The position numbers were made by a program, and so were the translations under genes. The notes beneath the pieces were generated by a model. It was not told the DNA's origin. It saw nothing but the letters and a program-made list of their open reading frames with translations, and ran no database searches. A stretch of 64,000 bases of DNA from the NCBI RefSeq assembly GCF_030684315.1, contig NC_081369.1, forward strand, positions 13,616,035 to 13,680,034, given 5' to 3'. Position 1 is the first letter of the stretch; each line of letters starts with the position of its first letter. Positions 12,785 through 26,600 of the stretch are shown piece after piece. The stretch comes from Stegostoma tigrinum (taxonomy: Eukaryota).

Positions 12785-13870
12785 ATTCTGGATGGTGTTA
12801 ATCCTCTTGAGTGTTATTGGAGTTGCACTCATCTTGTGGGGAGTATTCTGTCGCAATTCTGACTTGTGCCTTGTAGATGGTGGAAAGGCTGTGGGGAGTC
12901 AGGTGAGTTACTGACTGCAGCAGTCCTAACCTCTGTAGTGCTCTTGGAGCCACTGTATTTATTTGGCAAATCCCACTTAGCTTCTGGTCGGTAGTAACTC
13001 CCAGGACCTAGACAGTTCAGGATTCAGTGATGGTAATTTTGTTGAATGTCAAGGGGTGATGGTTAGATTGTATCTTGTTGCAGATGGTCATTGCCTGCCA
13101 CTTGTGTGGCGCAAATGTTGTTTGCCATTTTTCCATTCTTGCCTGCATCCAGATTTTGCTGAATTTGGACATGGACCGCTTCAGCATTTGGGGAGATGTG
13201 AATCATTCTGAGCATTGTACAATCATTGGTAAACATCCCCAGTTTTTACCTTTCAATGGAGGATCGGTCATTGATGAAGCAGCTGAAGATGATTGGGCCT
13301 AGAAACTCCTGCAGAGATGTCCTGCAGCTGAGATGACTGACCTCTGACAGCCACAACCATCTTCCTTTGCTTTCATTTTGATTCCAATTTGTGCAGAGTT
13401 TTCCATCTGATTCATATTGACTTCAATTTTGCTTAAAATCACTCGGTCAAAGCATCTTTGGTGTCAAGGGCTATGACTCTCACCTCACTTCTGGCATTCA
13501 GCTCTTTTGTCCATGTTGGAACCAAAGCTGCCCTGAAGTCAAGAGCTGATTGGCCCTGGTGGAACGCAAACTGGGCATCACCAAGGCAGCTATTAGTGAG
13601 CTGGTATTGCTTGATAACACTTATGGCACATTGCATTACTGATGATTGAAAATAGACTGATGGGATGATAACTGGGTGGGTTGGATTTGACTAGCTTTTG
13701 CGTACAGGACATACCAGGGCAATTCCCACATTATCAGGTAGATGCCAGTGTTATGACTGTGCTGGAAAGGCTTGGCTCAGGGTTTGGCAAGTTCTGAGCA
13801 CAAGTCTTCAGTATTTTTGCTGGAATGTTGTCAGGTCCCATTGGTTTTGAAGTATCCAATGCTTCCAATC
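12785..13870 (-). mobile_element. Non-LTR retrotransposon (CR1/L2-group) RT fragment
   Basis: KPMGPDNIPAKILKTCA and QFAFHQGQSA...IALDTKDA motifs. Confidence 0.75.
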
Positions 13871-15650
13871 GTTTCTTGATATCACATGGAGGGAATTGAA
13901 GTATTGCAGAAAGTAAGTTATGGTGTAAGCAGCATGTTGGCATTTACAGAAAATTGGCGGGCTAACAGGAAGTTGAACGTAGGCATATATGATTTTTTTT
14001 CTAGGTTGGCAAAACATAATGTGGTGTTCCCATAGTTACTGTTGCTAGGACTTCTTCTGTTTATTATTTATATCAATGACTGAGATGAAGGGGCCAAATG
14101 TCCGGTTACCAAATTTGCTGATGACACATAGATAGATAGGCAGCAAAATAAGTTGTGACAAGGATATAAGGAGTTTCCAAACAGATATAGACAGATTAAG
14201 TGTGTTGCCAAAGGGTGGCAAATGGAGAATGGGCAAATACAAAATTGTCCACTTTGGCAGAAAAATTTTAAAAAAGCACCATATTATGTAAATGGTGAGA
14301 GGTTGCAGAGCTCTGAGATTCAGGGAGATCTGTGTGTCATTGTGTATGATGCACAAAATGTTAATATGCAGGTGCAGCAAGTAATCAGAAAAGATAACAG
14401 AATGTTATCATTCATCACAAAGGAAACTGTGCAGAAACTTTAGAAAAATCCTTGTTCGAGCTTCTATGCTGGCCCCCTCCCACAACTCTCTTCTCAGTAC
14501 ATCGATGGCTGTTTCTGTGCCACTTCATGTTCCCACCTGGGCATTGAAAAGTTTTTTTCATTTTGCCACTAGTTTCCACCAATCTAACTTTCACATTGTC
14601 CATTTCTGACACTTTCCTTTTGTTCCTTGACCTTTCCATCTCCACTGTCATCCACTACAAAGCCATTGACTCCCACTGTTACCTTCACCACAGCTCGTCA
14701 CACCCCACATCCTACAAGGACTCCATCCCATTCTCCCAGTTCCTTCACCCACGTCGCATCTGTTCAGATGATGCCACCTTTCAAAGCAGCGCTGCTGACA
14801 TGGTTTACTTCTTCCATAACCATGGTTTCCAACCCACTGTTATTGACAGGGCCCTCAACTATATCCAACCTATCACCTGTGATTCCACCCTTTCCCCTTC
14901 CCATCAGTCATAACAGGACCCCCTTGTCCTCACTTTTCATCCCACCAGTCTCTACATTCAAAGGATCATTTTCCATCATTTCAAACAACTCCAGCAGAAG
15001 GCCACCAATAAACACATCTTCCTCTCACTCCCGCGCCTGTATTTCACAGGGATTGTTTCCACTGGGACACCCTAGGCCATTCCTCGACCACCAACACCAC
15101 CCCCTACTGATGGCACCTTCCCATATAAACCATAGTCGGTGCAACACCTGCTCCTTCACCTTCTCCCCACCCACCATCCAAGGGCCTAAACAGTCTTTCC
15201 AGGTGAAGCAGCATTTCACATGTACCTTCTGAACTCTGGGTCTATCATCAATGGAGTTTAAAAGGATGAGGGGGAATCTAATTGAAACTTACGAAATACC
15301 GAATGGCCTGGACAGAGAGGATGTTCGGAAGATGTTTCCATTATAAGAGCGACTAGGAACCGATGACACACCATGAGAGTAAAGGCAAGACTCTTTAGAA
15401 CAGAGATAATGAGAAACTTCTCCAGCCAGACAGTGGTGAATCTTGGAAATTTGCTGCCACGAAGGCTGCAGAGGCCAGGTCATTGGAGTACATTTAAGAC
15501 GGAGATAAGATAGGTTCTTGATTGTCAAGGATTATGGGGAGAAAGCAGGAGAATGGAGTTGAGAAACTTATCAGCCATGACTACATGGCAAAACAGACTT
15601 GCTGGGCCGAGTGGCCTAATTTCTGCTCCTATATCTTATGGTCTTATGGT
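13870..15650 (+). mobile_element. CR1 LINE 3' part interrupted by a PLE fragment
   Basis: Degenerate YIND and KFADDT motifs; tail ends in (tcttatgg)n. Confidence 0.8.
14420..15235 (+). mobile_element. Penelope-like RT C-terminal fragment (degenerate) inserted in CR1
   Basis: ORFs 14563-14913 and 14627-15232 are homologous to the 18.7-21.8 kb element (FLDLSIS, SIPFSQF..RRICSDD, IQGPKQSFQVKQHFTC). Confidence 0.85.
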
Positions 15651-15768
15651 CTAAAGCATTTGCGTGATCCTGTCTCAGCGGATAATTAACGTGAAAATGT
15701 TATTAACAGGTGGACAATGTAACTTTTTATTCCAGCATGGTTCATGACTGCATTGGGAAAATACTTAC

Positions 15769-15916
15769 CCAACTGAAATTGGCAGTAACCTGAAATATGG
15801 GAATACCATGTTGAATCATTATGAATGCAGCAGCCTTGACATTTGGAAGTACAGAAGTTTTATTGCCCATCGGAAAATCAATTTCCTTCAGGATCTTGCA
15901 TAGATCAGACACCAGG
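15769..15916 (-). other. Candidate exon, LVSDLCKILKEIDFPMGNKTSVLPNVKAAAFIMIQHGIPIFQVTANFSW
   Basis: Strong acceptor CTGTCTGTTTGTCCTCCAG, consensus donor TGG|GTAAGT, open phase 2-0, unique sequence. Confidence 0.35.
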
Positions 15917-17555
15917 CTGGAGGACAAACAGACAGTTAACATTGGACTGGATAACAAACACAGGAATTCACGCATTAGCGTAGATCTTTTTTGTACGATT
16001 GTGGAACATGAGGAATAAAAGTTGAGAGATGGTTTTACGAGATTGCAGCAAGTCAACACCAGCCTTTGTATTGCTTCTGTGACTGGATTGCTGATGGAAG
16101 CTATGGCAAGTTACAGCTGCGATAATTCCATCTTTTTGCTTCTCCTGGGTAAGCTGTACCGAAAAATTTGCTTTATCCCAACTCACTTGTCATCATGATG
16201 CAGTTTATGCCAATGCTGTGGTGTAAAATATATACATTCATCTTAAATGCAAATTTGCAAGCAAAACCATACCCTGAGATATTCTACATTAAAAATTTCT
16301 GTTTAGTTTGGAAATAAACTACTTTGAACTTGAATTAAATTTTCCTGCAAGATACTTGAAAGTCCTTTGCAGCTTCAAGCCCAACATTACCCAAATTTCC
16401 TGTCCTCTGTGATTTGCAGATTTCAGTCGGATAATAACAGAAGCTGATGTAAGTAAACTCTTGCAAACCATTTTATATATTCATCATGTAATTAAAGTTG
16501 AGGGAAGATTTGATAGAAATGTTCACAGTCATGAGGGGTTTGGATAGCTTCACAGAGTAACTGTTCCCATTCCCAGGAGGCTTAAGAACCAGTGTACAGC
16601 TTTCCTCTGATTGCCACCTCTATTAGTCTGTGGCACAGGGCAAGGTTTGTTTGAGGCAGTTTGTTGCCACCAATCATCTAGACTGTTTTTGTTTTGTTCA
16701 CTTGTGGGAAGTGAGACTCACTGCCTGGCCCAGTATTCATTGCCCACCACTCGTTGCCATTGCGACGGTGGTGGTGAGCTGCCTTGTTCAACCGCTGCAG
16801 TCCACCTGCTGTAATTTGACCCACAATGTCCTTAGGCAGGGAATTCCAAGAATGTTTCTCAGGCCTTATCTCGTGAATCACAGGACAGAATACGTCACTG
16901 TCGAGTCTTTACAGAAGAGGTACTGTACTTAATTAATGATGATTGTTTCATGTTAACAATCATTACAATATACAACACTTGTCAGCAATAATTAATGGGA
17001 CTCTCAGAAGGTCTACTAAATACATCTGCCCCTTGCAAGGATTAGTGTTGAACTTGCTGTAACAACCACAAACTGGGTGAGACATTATTAGAATACGGCT
17101 GAACGTGCAGAAAGATTATCTCCTTCAGAACCATTACCTCATACATTTTTTTAATAACATCTCAGAACAGGTTATTATGCATCTCTGGAACAGGAGGCAC
17201 CAGAATCCAGGGCTCTTGACCCAGAGGTAGGGACACTGCCACTGTGCCACAAGACCCATTATATCTTATGCAACATACTGGACAATGATTAAAAACCAAT
17301 TGGTGAAAGACGTAATAGTGGTGTGAGGAAACTTCTGTTATTCACCAAGTGTTTCGGATCCGGACTGTACTTCCTGAGAATGAGGTTTCACCTATCACTT
17401 TGTATGACATAGTGTGCATCAGTTACATGATGCATCGCAACATCTTGCTGTAGTTTCAGCACCTCACAAATCTGAAAACTCCTAGAGGGTCAAGGACAGC
17501 AGGTGATTGGGAACACCATCAACTCCAAACTCCCCAGCAAACTCCACCTGGGAAA

Positions 17556-17777
17556 TACAAGGTGTAGGGTTGGATGAACACAGCAGGCCAAGCAGCATCA
17601 GAGGAGCAGGAAGGCTGACGTTTCGGGTCTAGACCCTCCTTCATTTTTCTGAAGAAGGGTCTGGGCCCAAAACATTAGCCTTCCTGCTCTTCTGATGCTG
17701 CTTGGCCTGCTGCATTCATCGAGCTCTACCCTCTGTATATCTCAGATTCTCCAGCATCTGCAGTTCCTACTATCTCT
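17556..17777. mobile_element. Short palindromic PLE-terminus derivative with 14-bp TSD
   Basis: Imperfect inverted repeat centred near 17645; direct repeat ctccacctgggaaa at 17542-17555 and 17778-17791. Confidence 0.85.
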
Positions 17778-18064
17778 CTCCACCTGGGAAACATATTGCG
17801 GTTGCTTCAATGTTAGGTAAAAATCCTGGAATGGTGGCTGTAAAAGCCCAGTGAGAATAGCTTCGCTATACAGGCAGTACGAATATCTCAGCATCACCTT
17901 CTAAATTAGGCATTTGTAGTAAATGCTGGCCATGCCAGAGTTACCCAAACCCCACAAGGAATTACAAGAACAATATTGCTGTATGTTTTCCGTTGTTGAT
18001 GGTTCAAATATAATTATTTAAGTATTCACCATAATATGGGTGTTAGGTCTAGTTCAGAGGTACC

Positions 18065-21000
18065 ATAGAGTATTTGGGTTGTACAGCACAGGAATAGACC
18101 CTTCAGTCCAACTCATCCATGTCAACCAGCTATCCTAAACTAATCTAGTCCCACTTGCCAGAATTTAACCCAAATCCCTTTGTTTATTCTTGTTCCTATC
18201 CAGATACCTTTTAAAATGTAATGGTTGTAACAGGCTCCACCACTTCCTCTGCCAGCTCATTCCATCCACGCGCCACCCTCTGCGTGAAAAAGTTGCCCCT
18301 TAGGCCCCTTTTAATTATTCCCTCCTCACCTCAATCATATACCCTCTAGTTTTGGACTCCCCTACCCTGGGGAAAAGACCTTTGCTATTCACCTTATTCA
18401 TGCCCTTCATGGATTTATAAACCTCTATAAGGTTACCCCATAGCCTCCGACACTCCAGTGAAAATAGCCCCAGCCTATTCAGCCTCTCTTTATGTCTCAA
18501 ACTCTACACCCCAGCAACATCCTTGTAAATCTTTTTTGAACTCTTTCAAATTTAACAATATCTTTCCTATTTCAGGGAGACCACAAATGAACAATGTATT
18601 CCAAAAGTGGCCTAACTAGCGTCCTGTACAGCTGCAACATGACCTCCCCACTCCTATACTCAATGCTAAGCAGTCCCCAAGCCTCCGTTTGGTTTCCCCA
18701 ATGTAAAGGACACCACACCGGGTACAGTGGATACAGTATACTACGTTGGCAGATGAGCAGGTGAACATCTGCTTCGTATGGAAAGTCATCTTGGGGCCTG
18801 GGATGGGGGTGAGGGAGGAGGTGTGGGGGCAAGTGTAGCACTTCCTGCGGTTGCAGGGGAAGGTGCCGGGCGTGGTGGGGTTGGAGGGCAGTGTGGAGCG
18901 GACATGGGGGTCATGGAGAGAGTGGTCTCTCTGGAAGGCAGACAAGGGTGAGGATGGAAAAATGTCTTGGGTGGTGGGTTCGGATTGTAGATGGCGGAAG
19001 TGTTGGAGGATGATGCATTGTATCCGGAGGTTGGTGGGGTGGTACGTGAGGACGAGGGGGATTCTCTTAGGGCGGTTATTGCGGGGTTGGGGTGTGAGGG
19101 AGACAAATTCAAGGGCGTTCTCGACCAGTGCGGGGGGGATGTTGCGGTCCTTGAAGAATGCGGACATCTGGGATGTGCGGGAGTGGAAAGCCTCATCCTG
19201 GGAGCAGATGTGGTGGAGGCAAAGTAATTGGGAATAGGGGATGGAATTGTTGCAGGAGGATGGGTGGAAGGAGATGTATTGTAGGTAGCTGTGAGAGTAG
19301 GTGGGCTTGAAATGGACATCAATTTCTAGCTGCTTACCTGAGATGGAGACAGAGAGGTCCAGGAAGGTGAGGGATGTGTTGGAGATGGCCCAGGTGAACT
19401 GAAGGTTGGGGTGGAAGGTGTTGGTGAAGTGGATGAACTGTTTGAGCTGCACTGGGAAGCAAGAGGTGGTGCCGATACAGTCATCAATATAACGGAGGAA
19501 AAGGTGGGGTTTGGAGCCAGTGTAGGTGTGGAAGAGGGGCTGTTCCACGTAACCTACAAAGAGGCAGGCATAGCTTGGGCCCATGTGGGTACCCATGGCC
19601 ACCCGCTTTGTCTGTAGGAAGTGGGAGGAATCGAAAGAGAAGTTGTTGAGGGTGAGGACGGGTTCGGCTAGGTGGATGAGGGTGTCGGTGGAGGGGGACT
19701 GGTCGGACCTGCAGGACGGGAAGAAGCAGAGGGCCTTGAGGCCATCTGCATGAGGAATGCAGGTGTATAGGGACTGGACGTTCATGGTGAAATGAGGTGT
19801 TGGGGGCCAGGGAATTGGAAGTTCTGGAGGAGGCGGAGGGCGTGGACATAGGTGGGGAGTTCCTGGACCATGGGGGAGAAGATGGAGTCCAGATAGGTGG
19901 GAATGAGTTTGGTGGGGCAGGAGCAGATTGAGACAATGGGTCGACCAGCGCAGGCGGGTTTGTGGATTTTGGGCAGGAGATAGAAGCGGGCCGTGCGGGG
20001 TTGGGGAACAATGAGGTTGGAGGCTGTGGGTGGGAGGTCCCCTGAGGTGATAAGGTCATGGATGGTATTGGAGATGATGGTTTGGTGCTCAGGGGTGGGG
20101 TCATGATCAAGGGGGCGGTAGGAGGTGGTGTTGGAGAGTTGGCGTCTGGCCTCGGCGATGTAGAGGTCAGTGCGCCATACTACCACTGCACCTCCCTTGT
20201 CTGCGCATTTGATGGTGAGGTTGGGGTGGGAGCGGAGGGCTGCCCGTTCTGCGGGGGAGAGATTGGAGTGGGAGAGAGGGGTGGAGAGGTTGAGGCGGTT
20301 GATGTCTCGACGGCAGTTGGAGATGAAGAGGTCGAGGGAGGGTAGGAGGCCCGGGAGTGGTGTCATGGAGGAGGATTTGCATTGGAGGCAGGTGAAGGGG
20401 TCAGAGGGTTAGGCTCCCGGTTAAAGAAGTAAGTGTGGAGGCGAAGGCGGCAGAAAAACTGCTCCATGTCCAAACGTGTATTCGTTGATATGTGGGTGGA
20501 GGGGGACAAAGGTGAGCCCCTTGCTTAGGACTGACCGTTTGTCCTCAGTTAGTGGGAGGTCTGACGCATCTGCTCCTAGGATGAGGCACTCCACTCCCGC
20601 ACATCCCAGATGTCCTAGTTCTTCAAGGACCGCAACATCTCCCCCGCACTGGTTGAGAACGCCCTTGAATTTGTCTCCCTCACACCCCTCCCCTGCCACA
20701 ACCGCCCTAAGAGAATCCCCATCGTCCTCACATACCACCCCACCAACCTCTGGATACAATGCATCATCCTCCGACACTTCCGCCATCTACAATCTGAACC
20801 CACCACCCAAGACATTTTTCCATCCTCACCCTTGTCTGCCTTCCGGAGAGACCACTCTCTCCGTGACCCCCTTGTCCGCTCCACACTCCCCTCCAACCCC
20901 ACCACGCCTGGCACCTTCCCCTGCAACCGCAGGAAGGGCAAGTGTAGCCCTTGCCCCCACACCTCCTCCCTCACCCCTATCCCAGGCCCCAAGATGACTT

Positions 21001-22205
21001 TCCATATTAAGCAGAGGTTCACCTGCACATCTGCCAATGTAGTATACTGTATCCACTGTACCCGGTGTGGCTTCCTTTACATTGGGGAAACCAAGCAGAG
21101 GCTCGGGGACCGCTTTGCAGAACACCTCCACTCGGTTTGCAATAAACAACTGCACCTCCCAGTCGCGAACCATTTCAACTCCCCCTCCCATTTCTTAGAC
21201 GACATGTCCATCATGGGCCTCCTGCCGTGCCACAATGATGCCACCCGAAGGTTTCAGGAACAGCAACTCATATTCCGCTTGGGAACCCTGCAGCCCAATG
21301 GTATCAATGTGGACTTCACAATCTCCCCCTCCCCCACTGCATCCCAAAACCAGCCCAGCTTGTCCCCTACCCCCACTGCATCACCAAACCAGCCCAGCCC
21401 ATCCCTGGCTCCCTAACCTGTTCTTCCTTTCACCTATCCGCTCCTCCCACCTCAAGCCGCACCTCCATTTCCCACCCACCAACCTCATCCCGCCTCCTTG
21501 ACCTGTCCGTCCTCCCCGGACTGACCTATCCCCTCCCCGCCTCCCCACCTATACTCTCCTCTCCACCTACCTTCTCCTCTATCCATCTTCGGTCCGCCTC
21601 CCCCTCTCTCCCTATTTATTTCAGAACCCTCTCCCCAACCCCCTCCCTGATGAAGGGTCTAGGCCCAAAATATCAGCTTTTGTGCTCCTGAGATGCTGCT
21701 TGGCCTGCTGTGTTCATCCAGCTACACACTTCATTATCTTGGATTCTCCAGCATCAGCAGTTCCCATTATCTCTGAACCTATAACCCAAGGTCTCTTTGT
21801 TCGGCAAAGCTCCCTGTTATTTAAGTCCTGTCCTGATTTGCCTTACCAAAATGCAACACTTCACATTCATCTAAATTGAAGTCTATCTGCAGCTCCTCAG
21901 CCCATTGGTCCATCTGATCAAGGTTCCATTATACTCGGAGATAACCTTCTTCATTGTCTTCTACACCACCAACTTTGGTGTCATCTGCAAACTTGTTAAC
22001 CATACTTCCTATATTTACACCCAAATTATTTATATAAATAACAAAAAGCAATGGGCTCAGCACTGATCTTTGCGGCACACTGTCAGTCACAGGCCTTCAG
22101 TTCAAAGAACAACCTCTCACCATCTCCTATCACCTACCTTCAAGTGAATTCGGTGTCTGAATGGCTAGTTCTCCCTGCCTTCCATGTGATCTAACTTCGC
22201 CAACC
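18065..22205 (-). mobile_element. CR1 LINE hosting the large Penelope insertion
   Basis: ERLNRLGLFSLE and LQLYRTLVRPLLEY motifs left of the PLE; KFADDTK motif right of it. Confidence 0.8.
18668..21775. mobile_element. Penelope-like retroelement (RT + GIY-YIG) with inverted architecture: minus-strand RT region ~18668-20563 and + strand 3' copy ~20563-21775
   Basis: Minus ORFs carry RT motifs NVQSLY, AMGTHMGPSYACLF, RYIDD and TFLDL. The + ORF 20832-21416 carries GIY-YIG NVVYCIHCTRCGFLYIGETKQRLGDRFAEH, followed by a pyrimidine-rich 3' region and the terminal repeat. Inserted in a CR1 fragment. Confidence 0.92.
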
Positions 22206-22379
22206 AGTAAAACGTTGTTTAAACACTCTTAGAAAGCTGCTTGTTCAGGCTGTAGACAACAATTTTAATACAAAACCTGAGCTAACACAAGTGTTAAAAG
22301 CAGGAGTAGGCCACTTGGCCCATCAAATCAGCTTCACCATTTGATATGATTTTAGCTAATATAGTCAGATTACATTTTA

Positions 22380-23310
22380 CATAGTTTAAGGGGGAAGAGG
22401 TGTGGGTCCAAGACTACCATTTTGAATTTAAACAAGGGCAATTATAAGGGATGGATGCAGAACTAATGAAAGTGAGCTGGCAACTTAGATTAAGGTGTAG
22501 TCAACAGAGATAAAATGGCAAACATTTAAGGGGACATTCCAGAAAGTGAAGGATAGATACATTCCAATCAACAAGAAAAATTCTAAAGGATGGATTCAGC
22601 ATCTGTGGTTAAGTAAAAATAAGTCAAGGATTGGATCAAAATCTAAGAAAAAACATTTGGTGGTAAAAAGATAAATGCCAGGTCAAATGACAGAATATAA
22701 ATCATAGCAAAGAATTACAAAAATATTAATGAGGAAGGAAAAACTGGAGTACAAGAGAAAATTAACTAAAAATATAAAAACAGTTTTTTCAGATATTGAA
22801 AAATAGAAAAGAGTTTTAAAAAGTGTTGGTTGAATTGAGATTGAGCCTGAGAATTCTTAACGGAGGTTAAGGAGGTACCAGACAACTTGAAAAAATCTTT
22901 TTTGTGTCAGTCTTCTCTAGAGATGAAACAAGTAACTCCCTGGGAAAATAGTAAATGAGGAATAGGAAAAAAAAGGAAGGATCTCCAGATAATTACTTGT
23001 TACCAGGGAAGGAGTTCTGACCGCTACTGAGTTGGAACTCCCCAGGTTTTGATGGATTTTACCCTAGGAACTTGAAAGTAGTAGCTAGTGAGCTGGTTGT
23101 TGTATTGCTTTCAATTATCACAAACTCATTAGATTCAGGGAAGACACCTTTAGATTGGAAAATAATGCACGTAACTCCTTTATTCGTAAACTAACGGGCC
23201 ACTTAGTTTAATATCTGTGATAGCTTCTAACATCTTTCCTATCATTAAAGATGTTATAACAAGGCACTTGGATAAGCTCAGGGTCATTAGAGAGAGCCAA
23301 CATAGAATTG
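22380..23310 (+). mobile_element. Old CR1 ORF2 internal fragment
   Basis: A-rich EN-RT linker with degenerate PGxDG and DWKxANVTP motifs. Confidence 0.6.
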
Positions 23311-24664
23311 ATCATAGATTTAGAACTGGAATAAATGAGTGGAATGCACTGCTCAGGTACGTTTGTGGTGGGAATATAAATTGGAAGGTACCTGAACACA
23401 TTTCCAATGCATCTTAAAGGAGTTCCTTTTCTTTGAGATATTTATGGAAATTAACACATCACATAAACTAGAAAGAATGGGGATACATTGCACTGGCTTG
23501 TGCAGGAACTTGTAACAAGATGAACGATACTCACAGGGCATGTTTCTTAAGTTACAGACAAACAAAGAGACCAAGAATGACTCTTAAATTTTCCACTCCC
23601 TCTTCCAGTCCATGGGGTGTACCTGTGTTGTAGTTAAAGTAACTAAAAAGTGTGACGAATGTTGCCTCTATCTTGAGGTACATCTCTTTTTCTTGGAAAA
23701 ACCGCCCTGTTTCTAAGCTAGAGGACCTTCTATTAGACTATCAGATTTGATGTCAGTTTCAAGTCCAGCCATTCACTAGAATGTGTCTTTTCTGGACTAT
23801 TATCTTTAAAAGCACTTTTTCCTCAACTTCCAATTTTTAACACTTACCAGTTTGAAATGCACTTCTTGCATTCCTCCATGTTTCTTTGGGTAAACATCAT
23901 TGCATTTATCGTACCATTTAGATTCACTAGCTCCATCCTTAAGAACTCAGTCAATTTGCATATTTGAAATATGTGACCTCTCAATGGTGATTCTAATAGA
24001 AAATAATTTAATATATTAGGAACAATTAGCAGTAATTGAATTATAATGCAAACACTATGAAAAAATTTAACAAATCATTTAAAGGAGAATACATTGACTA
24101 ATGTAAGACCAGAGTTATAGACTTAGAGTCAAACAGCATGGAAACAGACCTTTTGATCCAACTAATCCACGCTGACCACATGCCCAAACTAAACTAGACC
24201 CACCTGCCTCCGTTTAATATCCTTCTAAACCTTTCCTATTCATGTACCTATCCAAACATTGGAACTGTACCTGCATTCTCCACTTCCTCCGGCAGTTCGT
24301 TCTTCACACTAACTGCTCTCTATAAAAAAAAAGTTGCCTTTCATTTCCATTTTAAATCTTCCGCTTCTCACCTTAAAAATACGCCCCTTGTTTTGAACTC
24401 CCCACCCTGGGAAAAGACTCTTGCTATTCACCTTAACTATGCCCCATGTGATTTTATGAACTTCTATAAGGTCACCTTTCAACCTTGTACACTCCAGTGA
24501 AAAAAAGTCCCAGCCTATCCAGCTTATTTTTATGACTCAAACCCTCCATTCCTGGCAACATTCTGGTAAATCCTTTCTGAACCCTCACCTGTTTAACAAT
24601 GTCCTTCCTAAAACAGGGTTAGAAGAAGTGCACACTTTACTCCAGAAGGGGCCTCATCTTCAGC

Positions 24665-26600
24665 CCATTGCCAGTGCCTGTTAATGGCCATCTTTGGCAG
24701 GCCCAGCAGCAAAGCCACAAGAAGACTCCTAGACTTGCCTGCACCTCCCATATATGCCTGGTGCCCATTGATAAGGAATGTGGCGCTAAAGTGTAACCAA
24801 AATCTTAACAACAGCCTCCTCAAATAACTAAAAAAGGGCTGCAGGCAAATGCATTCGAGGCCACAGAACATGCTTGTGGGGCCTGGCAACCAGTAAACAT
24901 GTCAGTTGCATGGGACCACCACATGTAGCACTCTTCAACCCAGATCCCCGATGTAAGAGGGGACAACCACTTCGTAGAGGGCCCTCCACTTGGGATCTGC
25001 GCCGCCACAGGGCAAAACATTACACCAAGAGATGTTTAGGCAGCGGACGAAGGCGTAGCAGTGGAGAGTATGCAGGTTCAACCCATACAGATAACGCCTC
25101 AAAAGGGCGCTGGGAGGATATCCCTGAGATGGCGCAGATTTTGGAGCCAATGTCAAGTTCCAGAAGGACAGGGGTCAGTTTGTCCAGAAGACCACCGCGT
25201 GCCTGAGCCACCTTGAGCGCACATAAGGTGTCAGGGTTGAGTGCCTTGTCCATCGGGCTCAAGATGGCTAAAGCCGTGACCTGGAGTTGGACACCTTGAC
25301 CGCCAACTTCACCAGTATTATCCGGCCAGCCCCTCAGCCATGCATCCTGCGCTCTCTCCTCTCTTGACCAGTGCTAACTGGTCTCGAGTAGGAACCTGTT
25401 CCTGGACAGCGGCTCCCTGACAAGAGACCCACTCCCACAGGGGGAAGATCTCTGGTGTGGGCCGACTGCAGCCCAGACTGTGGTCAAGTCCAGGAAGAAG
25501 ACCCAAAGCATTTGCACATCCTCTGTAGATGAGCTGGCTCTGTGATGCCGAAAGAACCACCTCCAGCCCTGCCCCATGCAGAATCAAACCTGATAGCTGC
25601 TGATGCTAGAGGCGCAGAAGTGTCTCCAAGCAGAGTCAGAGGGCAGCCCTGATGTACTCCTCTCCCAAAGAATAAGAGCTCTGTCACAGACCCGTTAATC
25701 TTCAGTAGACATTCCGCAGTGACGTACAGAAGTTGGATCCAGGAGGCAAAGTGCGACCCGCACCCGAAAGCTTGCAGAGTCTCGAGCAGCTACTCGTGAT
25801 CCACTCTGTGAGACCCTCTTTCCTGACCGAGGGAGAGAAAGGCACTCGACAGGCCAACCCTCTGGAAATAATGGATCATGTCCCAGACCGGGTGAATGTT
25901 GTTGTGGATGTTTCAGCCTGGGATGGCACTATCAGTACTGGGACTCCCCTAGTCCCTCTGACCCAGAGGAGGGGCGCCTTATCTGGGAGGGTGAGGAAGC
26001 AAGAGACATCTCCGTCTCTCCACTCTCCTGCCGCCCTCCATCCCCTTCAACTTTCCTCCCTTTCTTCCTACCTTTCATAAGTTTCAGGACAGGCGAGGAG
26101 GTGGGGCACCACCTATTCACTCATGCGAGTACCACCGACGGGCCCCAGGCCGGGGGAGAAGGAACTCGGATGATATAAAGAGTGGGCTGTTAGATAAAGT
26201 GGCCCTCTGAGCAACCACCTCCAGAGGGTCAACAGGCAAGAACGTCCCACCAACAGTGAGCCTGTTCTCCAGGGTGAGGTGTGCCAACTGTTCAGTCTTC
26301 AGGGACAGCATTGCCTTGCCATAGATCTTCGATGCACAACAATGGTAGGGGTGCCATTGTCGTTGTCCAAGCCCAAGACCCCGGCTAAAGAATGGAGTCT
26401 GGGATCCGGGAAAAAGCCTCCCTGGCAGCAGGCTGAATAGAAAAGTCCAGGCTCCAGGAACAGGCCCTCCTAGGCACTGGCTGGGGTGATGTACAGGCCA
26501 CCAGACTTCTCACAGCAGTAGCAGCAGCAAATCCCAAACTCAAGTCCCTCCAGGCAAGCAGGCCCCAGGCTCTATGCCTCAATCAGCTCCAGCTGCTCCC
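24665..26600 (-). mobile_element. Tx1/L1-clade LINE remnant (ORF1 and RT pieces)
   Basis: Minus ORFs give FFGRGVHQGCPL (RT motif B) and LTVGGTFLPVDPLE...TLSNSPLFISSEFLLP (Tx1 ORF1-like); heavily deleted. Confidence 0.65.

Noticed and set aside
18786-21501. Many Pro/Ser- or Gly-rich ORFs
   Set aside because: Alternative frames and antisense of the C-rich Penelope element.
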